From the IMG/VR virus record IMGVR_UViG_3300028197_000002: 64,000 bases of DNA. One strand, written 5' to 3'. Under the pieces are notes generated by a model that was not told the origin of the DNA, ran no database searches, and saw nothing but the letters and a program-made list of their open reading frames with translations. The stretch is from a virus. Lineage: Duplodnaviria; Caudoviricetes. The position numbers were made by a program, and so were the translations under genes. Within the stretch, counting starts at the first letter, position 1, and every line of letters begins with the position of its first letter. Shown here piece by piece: positions 40,183-48,813 of the stretch.

Positions 40183-41214
40183 GTGGAAGAATTTAAAAAA
40201 ATATTAGAAGGTAAAACTAAGGCTTGTTTATTTACCCACCCTTTCCCTGATCCAGATGCTATTGGAAGTATGATGGGTATGAGTTGGGTTTTAGACAAAC
40301 TTGGGATTAAATCTAACATGTATTATGATGGGGTCATATCCCATCCTCAAAATAAATCTATGGTCAATCTTTTGGACTTAGAGTTAATTCCTTTGTCCAA
40401 TTATGACAGTGATCTCTATGACCAAAGTACAACTTTGAACATCTTGTTGGACACAGTCCCAGACAATGCTGGCGCTCCAAATGAAGTTTCTTTTGACATG
40501 GTCATAGATCACCACAAAGACTTCCCATTAGATTACAAAGGTGTTTATTTAAATTTAAAATCTGGAAGTGCCTGTTCTGTTGTTTATAATCTTATAGAAC
40601 AATTAGAATTAGAGTTTGAAGAAGACAAGCTGGCAGATAATAAAGTTGCCACTGCAATGATGATAGGAATTACCACGGACACAGAATTTTTAATGTCTGA
40701 TGACTGTAGTGATCATGAATTTTTTGCTTGGAGTAAATTGTTTCAATTTAGAGATCCAACTCTTCTAAAGCAGATCGTTCATTATGAAAGGCCTAAGTTT
40801 TGGATCGACTCTAAGGCTACTGCTTGCGCCAAGGCAATTGTAGATGAAAGTGTTGGAGTTGTAGGAATGGGCTTAATTCCTCAAAAACATCGTGACATGA
40901 TCGCAGACATGGCTGATGAAATGGTTACTTGGGAGGACCTCCATACAGCGATTGTATTCGCTTTAGTCGATGGGAGCAGGATTGAAGGCTGTGTTAGAAC
41001 TAAAGCATCCTCTGTCTCTGCTCCTTCTTTGTGCAATGAGCTTGCTGGCAAATACGGATTAGGTGGAGGGAAGCTTGGGAAAGGCGCTTATAAATACGAA
41101 CTGTGTGGAGCAGGAATAGAAGAAGATGATGACGAAGATATTAAATTAAAAACTTGGGATCTGTTTCAAGACAAAGAAATAAGAAGGGTTTTCAGGATTG
41201 TAAAAAATAATTAA
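40183..41214 (+). CDS. DHH/DHHA1 family phosphoesterase
   Basis: HPFPDPDAIGS, IDHH, DT, GGG in DHHA1. Confidence 0.88.
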   Translation: MEEFKKILEGKTKACLFTHPFPDPDAIGSMMGMSWVLDKLGIKSNMYYDGVISHPQNKSMVNLLDLELIPLSNYDSDLYDQSTTLNILLDTVPDNAGAPNEVSFDMVIDHHKDFPLDYKGVYLNLKSGSACSVVYNLIEQLELEFEEDKLADNKVATAMMIGITTDTEFLMSDDCSDHEFFAWSKLFQFRDPTLLKQIVHYERPKFWIDSKATACAKAIVDESVGVVGMGLIPQKHRDMIADMADEMVTWEDLHTAIVFALVDGSRIEGCVRTKASSVSAPSLCNELAGKYGLGGGKLGKGAYKYELCGAGIEEDDDEDIKLKTWDLFQDKEIRRVFRIVKNN

Positions 41215-41216
41215 AA

Positions 41217-41390
41217 ATGAAAAATTTGATAAAATGTAATTCTTGTGGCTGGTTTATAATAATTAAAAATGAAAAAGATATAAAAGAAAATAATCTTAGA
41301 GAAGTTAAAAGCGGTTGTTCTACTTGCAAAAAAGCAAGAAAGTTTTTTTGCAAGAAATGCGAAAATATAGTTAAAATGTTCAGAATGTAA
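41217..41390 (+). CDS. 57-aa zinc-finger protein (not in track)
   Basis: MKNLIKCNSCG..GCSTC..FCKKC; three CxxC. Confidence 0.65.
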   Translation: MKNLIKCNSCGWFIIIKNEKDIKENNLREVKSGCSTCKKARKFFCKKCENIVKMFRM

Positions 41391-41422
41391 TATTCTTTTC
41401 TATATTATAGTGAGCAAATCGA

Positions 41423-42634
41423 ATGAAAAAAAAACTAGTAAAATCTTTTAAAAGAGATTCCTATAATGGAAAAAAGAAGGAATCTGAAGTTGCTTTAGAA
41501 AGCGCAAACTTTAAAATTCACAAAATGAATAGTAGGCCAAGACCTGCACCTGAAAACACTATTCTAATCGCAACCTTTTCTGAATTTGGTTGTGAAAGCT
41601 TGGGCATAATGTACTGCATCCCAGCTTTGATTCAGGAACATCCTAGTAAATATAAGATAATAGTTGGTTGGTATGGAAGGGAGTTTCTTTATCGACATTT
41701 ATGCGATGAGTATTGGGAAATTAGTGAAGACTATATGCATCTCAGAGAATATGCTAATGCTTTTCATCATTCTTCTAAGAATTTAAGATCCATAGAGTCT
41801 TCTTTAAAAGAATATGGACTTGTTTTTCCTTCTGAATATTTAGGAAAAATATCAATAGGAATTAAGTGTAATAATTGTGGCCTATTTATGAATTCCGTAT
41901 ATGGAAATGGAGAGTCTTGGAAAGAATATAATGGAGAGAATACTTGTCCAGCTTGTGCTAGCGACAATATGACTCTTCCTATGCTTCAAGATATCAAGGG
42001 GTGGAAAGATAGAATGCTTCCAATTCCTTCTCCAAGTGAAGAAAAAATTAATTATGTCAAGAAATATTTAAAAAAACCTTCTGTTGGAATATTTGCTCGT
42101 GGAAGAAAACAATATGGAAGAAACTTGCAACCTGAATTTTACATTAATTTAATTAAAATGTTAGAGGATATGGGTTACAATCCTATATGGCTTGGGGAAA
42201 AGGTTTCCGTTCAGCCTTGCCCGGTAGATCATATTTTAGATTGGTCCCGAATGAAAGAGTCTCGTGATTTAGAATCTACATTGGCAATTATTAAAAATTG
42301 CGATTTCACAATTCAATTTTGGACTGCTTCTACTAGATTATCAGGAATGATTGGTGTTCCTTATATTTTGTTTGAAAGTCCTGATCAAATATGGGGAAAA
42401 AAAGGTCAAGAAGGAATTAGAAGAAATTTATGTGATTTGGGTCCTAGAAAATTAGCAGCCAATCATTTTTTAGATGTTTATAGAAACAATAAAGAAGGAC
42501 TAGAGATAGTGAAACAGTGCATAGAGGAACTAAATGCTGGTAACTATGAAGATATTATAGGATTAGTTGGTAATAAGAAGGCCATGTGGCAATATAAAAA
42601 AGATAACGACGAAAGGATAGGCAGTAAATTTTGA
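41423..42634 (+). CDS. GT-B fold glycosyltransferase (GT9/heptosyltransferase-like) with CxxC insert
   Basis: SEFGCE, IFARGRK..RN, PIWLG, DLESTLAIIKNCDFTI..TASTRLS..IGVP. Confidence 0.6.
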   Translation: MKKKLVKSFKRDSYNGKKKESEVALESANFKIHKMNSRPRPAPENTILIATFSEFGCESLGIMYCIPALIQEHPSKYKIIVGWYGREFLYRHLCDEYWEISEDYMHLREYANAFHHSSKNLRSIESSLKEYGLVFPSEYLGKISIGIKCNNCGLFMNSVYGNGESWKEYNGENTCPACASDNMTLPMLQDIKGWKDRMLPIPSPSEEKINYVKKYLKKPSVGIFARGRKQYGRNLQPEFYINLIKMLEDMGYNPIWLGEKVSVQPCPVDHILDWSRMKESRDLESTLAIIKNCDFTIQFWTASTRLSGMIGVPYILFESPDQIWGKKGQEGIRRNLCDLGPRKLAANHFLDVYRNNKEGLEIVKQCIEELNAGNYEDIIGLVGNKKAMWQYKKDNDERIGSKF

Positions 42635-43767
42635 TGTTTAGTGTTGAAGAAAATTTAAAAAGGTCTTCAGAAAAAATTGGATTAAGAAGAGTTGTTTTTG
42701 ATAGAAACAATATTCCTTCTTCTATGGAAAATATCGTTGTACTTGTTTTTTTTGGCGATATGGAATCTTCTTTTACTTTGTCTTCTTTGATTTTAAAAAG
42801 AATAAAAGAAGAGCTTAATTCTTCTAAATATTTTATATTAATATCTTGGCCCGGACATGAATGTTTATATCCTTATGTTGATGAGTTTTGGACTATTGAT
42901 AAAGAATCTGTTCTTCATAAGATGAGATCCAGAGTTAGTAGTTTTGAAAATAATTCTGAATATAAAACACTTCTATTAAGAGAATTAAATGAGTGGTTTT
43001 ATGACGTTCTTTCAGAAGACGCAATAACGTATTACTATGACAAAGGATTTACAAAGAATTTTTTTGATACGTTTAAAGAACCGAGAGTGTTTTTCCCTGC
43101 GATTAATTCTATAGCTTATCTAGGAGTCGATGTAGCTAGAGAATTAAATGAAAAGCAATCTAAGATTTTCATCTATCCAAGTAGAAAAATTAATATTTTC
43201 AAACAAGGAAAGGTTCAATGTGTTGATGTAAAAATAGAATTCTGGAGGAGTATGATAGAGAAGCTTCAGAAAAATGAGCTTTCTCCTGTTATATACAATG
43301 ATGTTTTTACACATGATTTTAGCCAAGAATTTCAAGATTGCATTCATGTCGTGAGCAACAACATGTCTTATGCCTTGACTGCCATGAGATCTTGCGGATT
43401 AGTTTTAGATTGTTTTAGTGGAATTTATAAAATGGCCATATGTGCCAGAACTCCCTTTCTATGCTTTGGAGAGAGGTCTAAGTTTAATTTTATGAAAGAA
43501 TATGAAGTAGACGATTTGTGTGCTTATAATTTAATGCCAAAAGAGTATATTTTTGCATTTTCTACTATATTAACCAAAGGAGAAGAAAGTGACTGGTCTG
43601 CATTGCATATTAGCGCCATAAATAGAGCTAAAAAGATGATAGCAGTTATGGACAGAGATAGACTCCCTCCGACAGTAGAACAGGATAAGGTCGTCCCTTA
43701 TGATATTGTCAGAGAAAACAAAATTAAAAAGTTAGGAACTAAATTCATAAAGGTAAAAGAGGACTAA
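42631..43767 (+). CDS. GT9-like paralog (degenerate)
   Basis: Similar layout to upstream gene: FFGD, SWPGHECLY..DEFW, ALTAMRSCGLVLD.FSG. Confidence 0.5.
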   Translation: MMFSVEENLKRSSEKIGLRRVVFDRNNIPSSMENIVVLVFFGDMESSFTLSSLILKRIKEELNSSKYFILISWPGHECLYPYVDEFWTIDKESVLHKMRSRVSSFENNSEYKTLLLRELNEWFYDVLSEDAITYYYDKGFTKNFFDTFKEPRVFFPAINSIAYLGVDVARELNEKQSKIFIYPSRKINIFKQGKVQCVDVKIEFWRSMIEKLQKNELSPVIYNDVFTHDFSQEFQDCIHVVSNNMSYALTAMRSCGLVLDCFSGIYKMAICARTPFLCFGERSKFNFMKEYEVDDLCAYNLMPKEYIFAFSTILTKGEESDWSALHISAINRAKKMIAVMDRDRLPPTVEQDKVVPYDIVRENKIKKLGTKFIKVKED

Positions 43768-43770
43768 CCG

Positions 43771-44010
43771 TTGAGAAAGCCACTAGTTAGAGTAGAACTT
43801 AAAGAAAGAGGCAGATCCAGTGCTGATAAGGATCGAGCCTTTAGACAACTTCTTTCCACATTTAAAAGAAGGGTTAATGAAGCTGGAATACTTACAACAT
43901 ATAAACAAAAGCAGTTTTATGAAAGCCCAAGTGAAAAAAGAAAGAGAAAAAGGAAAGAAGCAGAAGTAGAATCGCATAAAGAAAAAATAAGAAATTACTT
44001 TTCAAGGTAA
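43771..44010 (+). CDS. rpsU: Ribosomal protein bS21 homolog
   Basis: AFRQLLSTFKRRVNEAGIL..YKQKQFYESPSEKRKRK; TTG start. Confidence 0.85.
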   Translation: MRKPLVRVELKERGRSSADKDRAFRQLLSTFKRRVNEAGILTTYKQKQFYESPSEKRKRKRKEAEVESHKEKIRNYFSR

Positions 44011-44020
44011 AAGGTGCAAA

Positions 44021-44293
44021 ATGTCAGATAAAAAAATAAAAATTATGAGTTTGTCTCTCGAACCAGAACTGCACGAACATATAAAAAATTCTGCAAAACG
44101 ACTCGGACACAAAAATGTTTCTAAAATGATTAGAGAGTTAATTTCTAATTACTTGGACTTAATGGTAAACGAAGGGGACGAAACTCCCGTCCTTCTCAAG
44201 GTTCCTAATGAAATTAGAAATGATGAAGAAGAATTGAAAAAATGGCTTTCTGTTAAATTAGAGGCTCTTTCAAAGGCTTTGTTAAAACAATGA
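44021..44293 (+). CDS. Ribbon-helix-helix-like DNA-binding protein
   Basis: KIMSLSLEPELHEHIKNSAKRLGHKNVSKMIRELI. Confidence 0.6.
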   Translation: MSDKKIKIMSLSLEPELHEHIKNSAKRLGHKNVSKMIRELISNYLDLMVNEGDETPVLLKVPNEIRNDEEELKKWLSVKLEALSKALLKQ

Positions 44294-44772
44294 AAATAGT
44301 ACCTGTTGAAGATATCCCTAAAGAAATGGCAGACGTGTCATTGGATAATTTAAATGAGATATATGTCACAGGCAAAAAGATGGAGGCTATTTGTTTAGAA
44401 AACAATGGCATAGGGATTTCTGCTGCGCAGGTTGGAATTCCTTGGAATTTTTTTATTTATTGTGTTTATAAGAAAGATTTTCGTTACATAGTTAATTGTA
44501 AGTATGAGCCATTAACAGAAGAAAAATTTTCAGGGTTAGAGGGATGCCTTTCTATTTTAGATTCAAGTGGAAGTCCTAGAAGATTTAAAGTTCCTAGATA
44601 TAAAAAAATTAAAGTTTCTGGGTACGAGATTGTTTCTGGTGAAAAGCTGTATCTTGAAAAGTTCGAAAAAGATTTCACTCTTAGTCTAGAATCTGTTTTG
44701 ATTCAGCATGAAATAGATCATCAAGAAGGAGTTCTTATATCTGACATTGGCGAAGAGGTTCGGGTTTTTTAA
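44290..44772 (+). CDS. def: Peptide deformylase
   Basis: GIGISAAQVG, EGCLS, QHEIDHQEG; short C-terminus. Confidence 0.93.
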   Translation: MKIVPVEDIPKEMADVSLDNLNEIYVTGKKMEAICLENNGIGISAAQVGIPWNFFIYCVYKKDFRYIVNCKYEPLTEEKFSGLEGCLSILDSSGSPRRFKVPRYKKIKVSGYEIVSGEKLYLEKFEKDFTLSLESVLIQHEIDHQEGVLISDIGEEVRVF

Positions 44773-44774
44773 TT

Positions 44775-45056
44775 ATGTTATCAATACTTCAAGTTCAAAA
44801 CGTTTGTTTGGTAGAAGGTGGGAATAAGTGTTGTAGATATTTATTAGAAGACGACCTAGATCCCAGCAAATTTCATTGCAATAAGTTAAGGCCTCTTGAA
44901 AAATCAAAAATAGATAAAGAGGTTAATGGCTTTCTTTCTGATTGTCATGTGAAAAAAGTAAATCCATCAAAATATTCTAAGTCGCTTGGAAATAACTGTG
45001 ATGGATATTTAATTTTGCATCATATAGAACAGGGATACGACAAAGAAGATTCTTAG
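44775..45056 (+). CDS. Small Cys-rich hypothetical protein
   Basis: C..CCRYL..C..NCDG. Confidence 0.65.
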   Translation: MLSILQVQNVCLVEGGNKCCRYLLEDDLDPSKFHCNKLRPLEKSKIDKEVNGFLSDCHVKKVNPSKYSKSLGNNCDGYLILHHIEQGYDKEDS

Positions 45057-45538
45057 TCGTCTCTAAGGAATTCGTATGCTTTTGTTTCCACTTTGGCCCC
45101 AAGAGCAGAAATTAAAACGCTTTCCTCAAGATCTTTGTTGTGCAAAGCTTTTATTTCTTTTCCCATAACCTCTGCTGTCTTTTTGTACTCTAAGGCTTTC
45201 TTTCTGTAATCATATATCAAGAATATAAGTAAAGAAAGCACGACAAGACCAACTATTAATCCTCCATCTCCTTGGAATAAAGTTACTCCTGTATTTTTTG
45301 TGTTTGAATTTATAAATCCATTTTGTAAATTTTCTATATCACCAGCTAAGATATCCAATTGGTTTCTTATTGCTGATATATCTGCTAATATTCCATTTTG
45401 ATTATTTTTTATATCTCCAATGTCTCCGCTTCCACCATTTATATTTGGTCCGTTTGGACTAAGAGGGCTAAATTTACATCCGGACACAAATAGGAAGCTA
45501 AAGCTCATAATGAGTGTGAACAAAAAATTTTTATACAT
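45053..45538 (-). CDS. Lipoprotein with coiled coil and C-proximal TM (u-spanin-like topology)
   Basis: Start 45538 (SD AAGGA); lipobox VSG-C21; TM GGLIVGLVVLSLLIFLIY. Confidence 0.6.
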   Translation of the reverse strand: MYKNFLFTLIMSFSFLFVSGCKFSPLSPNGPNINGGSGDIGDIKNNQNGILADISAIRNQLDILAGDIENLQNGFINSNTKNTGVTLFQGDGGLIVGLVVLSLLIFLIYDYRKKALEYKKTAEVMGKEIKALHNKDLEESVLISALGAKVETKAYEFLRDD

Positions 45539-45560
45539 ATTGTTTTTCCTTTGTTTAAAT

Positions 45561-45869
45561 TTATTTTTTAATGTGAGCATCGGCCCATTTTGAGCTTTCT
45601 GGCATTTTATTGTCGTCTGTATACTTTTTCCATTTTTCGTAACTATACAGATCAATATATTCGCTTCTTCTTAATGGTCTATTTTCTTCTGCTTTTTTAA
45701 GAAGTCCTTGTCTTATCTTGTGTAATTCAGGATAGCTCGGACGACCAGAGTTTTGTCCTGCCACAACATTTGCTTTGTTTATTTTCTTTTCAAAAGAATT
45801 GCTAGTTTTTCTTAGATATTCTTTTCTTTCTAAGAAGTCAGAAAATTTTATAAAGCTTTGTTCTTTCAT
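45561..45869 (-). CDS. Basic hypothetical protein, CTS-like N-terminus
   Basis: MKEQSFIKFSDFLERKE; TATATA 8 nt upstream. Confidence 0.6.
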   Translation of the reverse strand: MKEQSFIKFSDFLERKEYLRKTSNSFEKKINKANVVAGQNSGRPSYPELHKIRQGLLKKAEENRPLRRSEYIDLYSYEKWKKYTDDNKMPESSKWADAHIKK

Positions 45870-45969
45870 AATAAAGATATATATTGTTTTAATAAAATTT
45901 AAAAATAAAAAAAGAATAATTTATTTTGCATGTGAAGTTTTCGTTTTTCTATGAATTGTGTCAATCCCG

Positions 45970-45998
45970 TTGACATATTAGATTTTTTGTAATAAAAT
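45970..45998 (+). promoter_or_regulatory. Sigma70-like early promoter
   Basis: TTGACA-N17-TAAAAT. Confidence 0.6.
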
Positions 45999-46038
45999 GT
46001 TAGTGGAATTTTTAACTTTAAACTTAAAAGGATTTAAG

Positions 46039-46461
46039 ATGAGTGAGTATGTTTTAGAAGCAGAAGAAGACATAGATATAGACGTAGAACTAAAAAATAA
46101 TGAAGATTTAATTGAACAAATAGAAGAAATAGATGGTTTGTCCAAACAGGCCATTTCTAATTATTTTTTAAATGAAGAAATGTATACTGGAGATTTAATT
46201 GAGAAAAGTCTAATTCATTTGCCCTATTATGTTTTATTGGTTAGAAATACATCTGTTTCAGAGGGAGTTGTGAAAGCTTATAAAATGATTGAAGATTGTG
46301 GTTTTAAAGATTCTATTTCTATAAATAAAAGTAGTATGCCAGAAGATGTTAAATTTGTTTTAAATTTGATAAAAAAAATACAAAGAGAAGTTTCTCAAGA
46401 ATTTGTTGGTGGAATATTGTTGATGCATTTAGAGTTAATTGAAGGAATAGAGATGTGGTGA
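46039..46461 (+). CDS. Hypothetical protein
   Basis: Start moved to ATG 46039 (SD AAGGA; upstream ATG lies in the -10 box). Confidence 0.65.
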   Translation: MSEYVLEAEEDIDIDVELKNNEDLIEQIEEIDGLSKQAISNYFLNEEMYTGDLIEKSLIHLPYYVLLVRNTSVSEGVVKAYKMIEDCGFKDSISINKSSMPEDVKFVLNLIKKIQREVSQEFVGGILLMHLELIEGIEMW

Positions 46462-46778
46462 TCAGCCGGGAAGATAAAGACATGAGGCTGGTTTCGGGCT
46501 GTTTCTTTGAAAACGAAATAGACAAGAGCAATTCTTGGTTATTGAAATATTTCAAGTCTGATATTCAAATTAGATTTTTAAAATATTACTTAACATTCGG
46601 TGGATACTATTACTTCAGAAGACATACTGGGATTTTTTGTTCAACTAGATATTTGGAATCGCTGAAGAAAAGATTGAGTTATTTATTAAAAATACACAAA
46701 GAGTCCAAGGCCAATTTTGACTTGGATCTTCTTGCTAAAATAGAAATGGGAAAAATTAAGAATTTAAAAGATATATAA
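46455..46778 (+). CDS. Hypothetical protein
   Basis: 107-aa coupled ORF. Confidence 0.6.
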   Translation: MVISREDKDMRLVSGCFFENEIDKSNSWLLKYFKSDIQIRFLKYYLTFGGYYYFRRHTGIFCSTRYLESLKKRLSYLLKIHKESKANFDLDLLAKIEMGKIKNLKDI

Positions 46779-46793
46779 AGAAGTGATATTCCA

Positions 46794-47225
46794 ATGGAGA
46801 GCAAAATGAAAAAAATTATGTCTTTTAAAGATTATGTGTTAACAAAAGAATCAAGTGCTGCAACTAGATTGCGTAGAGATGCTGCTCTTGGCTTAAAACC
46901 ACCAATTCCAGATGCAATGCTTCACAGCAGATCTACAGCTTCTCCATTTGAAGTAAAAGAAATACAAAAGAAAAATAAGAAAAAAAAAATAAGAAAATGT
47001 AGCGAGTCAGTTCGTTCAGCGCCGCAGAAGCCTGATTCTGTAGAAGACGGCCAGTGTCCAGATTGTGGATCGCCAGCTACGCTATATAATTATGGAATAG
47101 ATGCCGGTGGCAATGAGGATCACAGAACTGATTGCAGCAATCCTAAGTGTGATAATTATGGTATAACTAAAAAATCAACACATCTATCGGCTCCTCGTGG
47201 TAGCATGTCTCGTGGATACATGTGA
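46794..47225 (+). CDS. CTS-like protein with C-terminal zinc ribbon
   Basis: MSFKDYVLTKE; CPDCG..CSNPKC. Confidence 0.6.
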   Translation: MESKMKKIMSFKDYVLTKESSAATRLRRDAALGLKPPIPDAMLHSRSTASPFEVKEIQKKNKKKKIRKCSESVRSAPQKPDSVEDGQCPDCGSPATLYNYGIDAGGNEDHRTDCSNPKCDNYGITKKSTHLSAPRGSMSRGYM

Positions 47226-47255
47226 AAGAACTAATTTTTTAAGCAGTTGCTTGTA

Positions 47256-47702
47256 ATGGAATCATCAAAAGATATTACTGATTGGGATATTAAATTTTTA
47301 AAATTAGCCCAACACGTTTCAGATTGGTCAAAAGATCCAAGCACTAAAGTTGGAGCTGTTGTAGTCGATGAAGATAATAGGATTGTCTCTATTGGTTATA
47401 ACGGCTTTCCTAAAGGTGTTCGAGATGATGAAAGACTTGAGAATAGAGATGTTAAATATTCTTTAATTCTTCATGCTGAAGAAAACGCTTTGCTTTTTTC
47501 TAAACAGAATTTAAAAAATTGTAAAATCTATACTTACCCTTTGTTTCCGTGTTCTCGTTGTTGTGCAAAAATAATCCAGTGCGGAATAACTGAAATTATT
47601 GCTTTAAAAAATGAAAATCTAAGATGGAAAGACAGCATAAATCTTTCTATTAAAATTTGCGAAGAAGTTGGAATTTCTTATAAATTCGCCTCAGATCTCT
47701 AA
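47256..47702 (+). CDS. dCMP deaminase
   Basis: SKDPSTKVGA, GYNGFP, HAEENA, PCSRC. Confidence 0.93.
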   Translation: MESSKDITDWDIKFLKLAQHVSDWSKDPSTKVGAVVVDEDNRIVSIGYNGFPKGVRDDERLENRDVKYSLILHAEENALLFSKQNLKNCKIYTYPLFPCSRCCAKIIQCGITEIIALKNENLRWKDSINLSIKICEEVGISYKFASDL

Positions 47703-47767
47703 GATTTTACTATATTAGGTAAACTCTAGAGTTGGAGATAAGGAGGTGAATTTTCCTCTCTGACACA

Positions 47768-47805
47768 AACGGTAGAATTTTTTAAAATTATTCTGCCGTT
47801 TTTTT
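47768..47805 (+). terminator. Intrinsic terminator
   Basis: AACGGTAGAAT / ATTCTGCCGTT stem followed by T-run. Confidence 0.7.
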
Positions 47806-47812
47806 ATAAATA
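47805..47812 (+). promoter_or_regulatory. T4-type late promoter of the fibre cassette
   Basis: TATAAATA 5 nt before ATG 47818. Confidence 0.6.
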
Positions 47813-47817
47813 TACTT

Positions 47818-48774
47818 ATGAGATACTCTGAATTAAATCACGTAAGCGGCTGTGGCGATCAAAGCGGCTGTACGAATCTAAATGGTTGCGAAAGTGGAGC
47901 TGTTGCGGCTGTATGTATAAAAAGACACGATACCCAGCCATCTTTTAGAACATCTGTAGAAGATTGTGACGGCCCTATGGACCTCACAGATACCAACTTG
48001 GTTTTAGAATATAATCTTTGGTCAAGAGCTAAACTTAAAAAATCTATAACGAATACTGATGACACAATTGCTTTTGCTGACAATATAGGATTTGGCCAAG
48101 TAATGCAACATGATGTGATTATTATTGATTCTGGAAGATTACCAGAACACATGCTTGTTATAGGGTTTGATGAAGAAAATAAATTAATAAAAGTTCAGAG
48201 AGGATACAACGGAACTACTGCCATAAGTTTAAAGAAGGGAACTGGACTAAGATCTTTTAGAGCAGTTGATGGAAACGCTGAAATAGAGACTGTTTTAGAG
48301 GATGTTGTCAAAGAAGACGGAACTGTTTTAAAAGATCAAATTGCTGCTACTTATTTTGTAGTCAATTGGAGTCCTGAAGACACATGCTTGCCGGGATGTT
48401 ATTGGCTAGAGTTTAAATTAATTAAAATGAAGTCCTCCTCCTACCTCAGTTCTGCTTCTGTAATATCTTCTTTTACTCCTTCAACATATACTCCAGCAGA
48501 TTTTGGATGCGGATTAGGAGATGGCATGGAATGGGTGAGAAGATTTCCTGTCGATCAAGAAGGCTTTTTAATTCACATAGTAGATTCTCCCACTGCAGAA
48601 ATGAATATATCGGGTAGTAGTATTGGTGGTGGTGGTGGCGGAAGTCATGACCATGTTGCTTCGGATACTGCGCCAATAAGTCCATCTTCTGGAGATCTGT
48701 GGTTTAACACGACAAATTTAAAATTGTATGTTTACTATAACGATGGAACCAGTGCTCAATGGGTAGAAGCATAA
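47818..48774 (+). CDS. Baseplate/tail-fibre-associated protein (BppU-like N-domain)
   Basis: IKRHDTQPSF..DLT, VQRGYNGTTA, C-terminal GDLWFNTTNLKLYVYYNDG..QWV module. Confidence 0.65.
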   Translation: MRYSELNHVSGCGDQSGCTNLNGCESGAVAAVCIKRHDTQPSFRTSVEDCDGPMDLTDTNLVLEYNLWSRAKLKKSITNTDDTIAFADNIGFGQVMQHDVIIIDSGRLPEHMLVIGFDEENKLIKVQRGYNGTTAISLKKGTGLRSFRAVDGNAEIETVLEDVVKEDGTVLKDQIAATYFVVNWSPEDTCLPGCYWLEFKLIKMKSSSYLSSASVISSFTPSTYTPADFGCGLGDGMEWVRRFPVDQEGFLIHIVDSPTAEMNISGSSIGGGGGGSHDHVASDTAPISPSSGDLWFNTTNLKLYVYYNDGTSAQWVEA

Positions 48775-48813
48775 CAAAAGAAATAAATTTAATGAGTAAG
48801 CATAGGAGATAAA

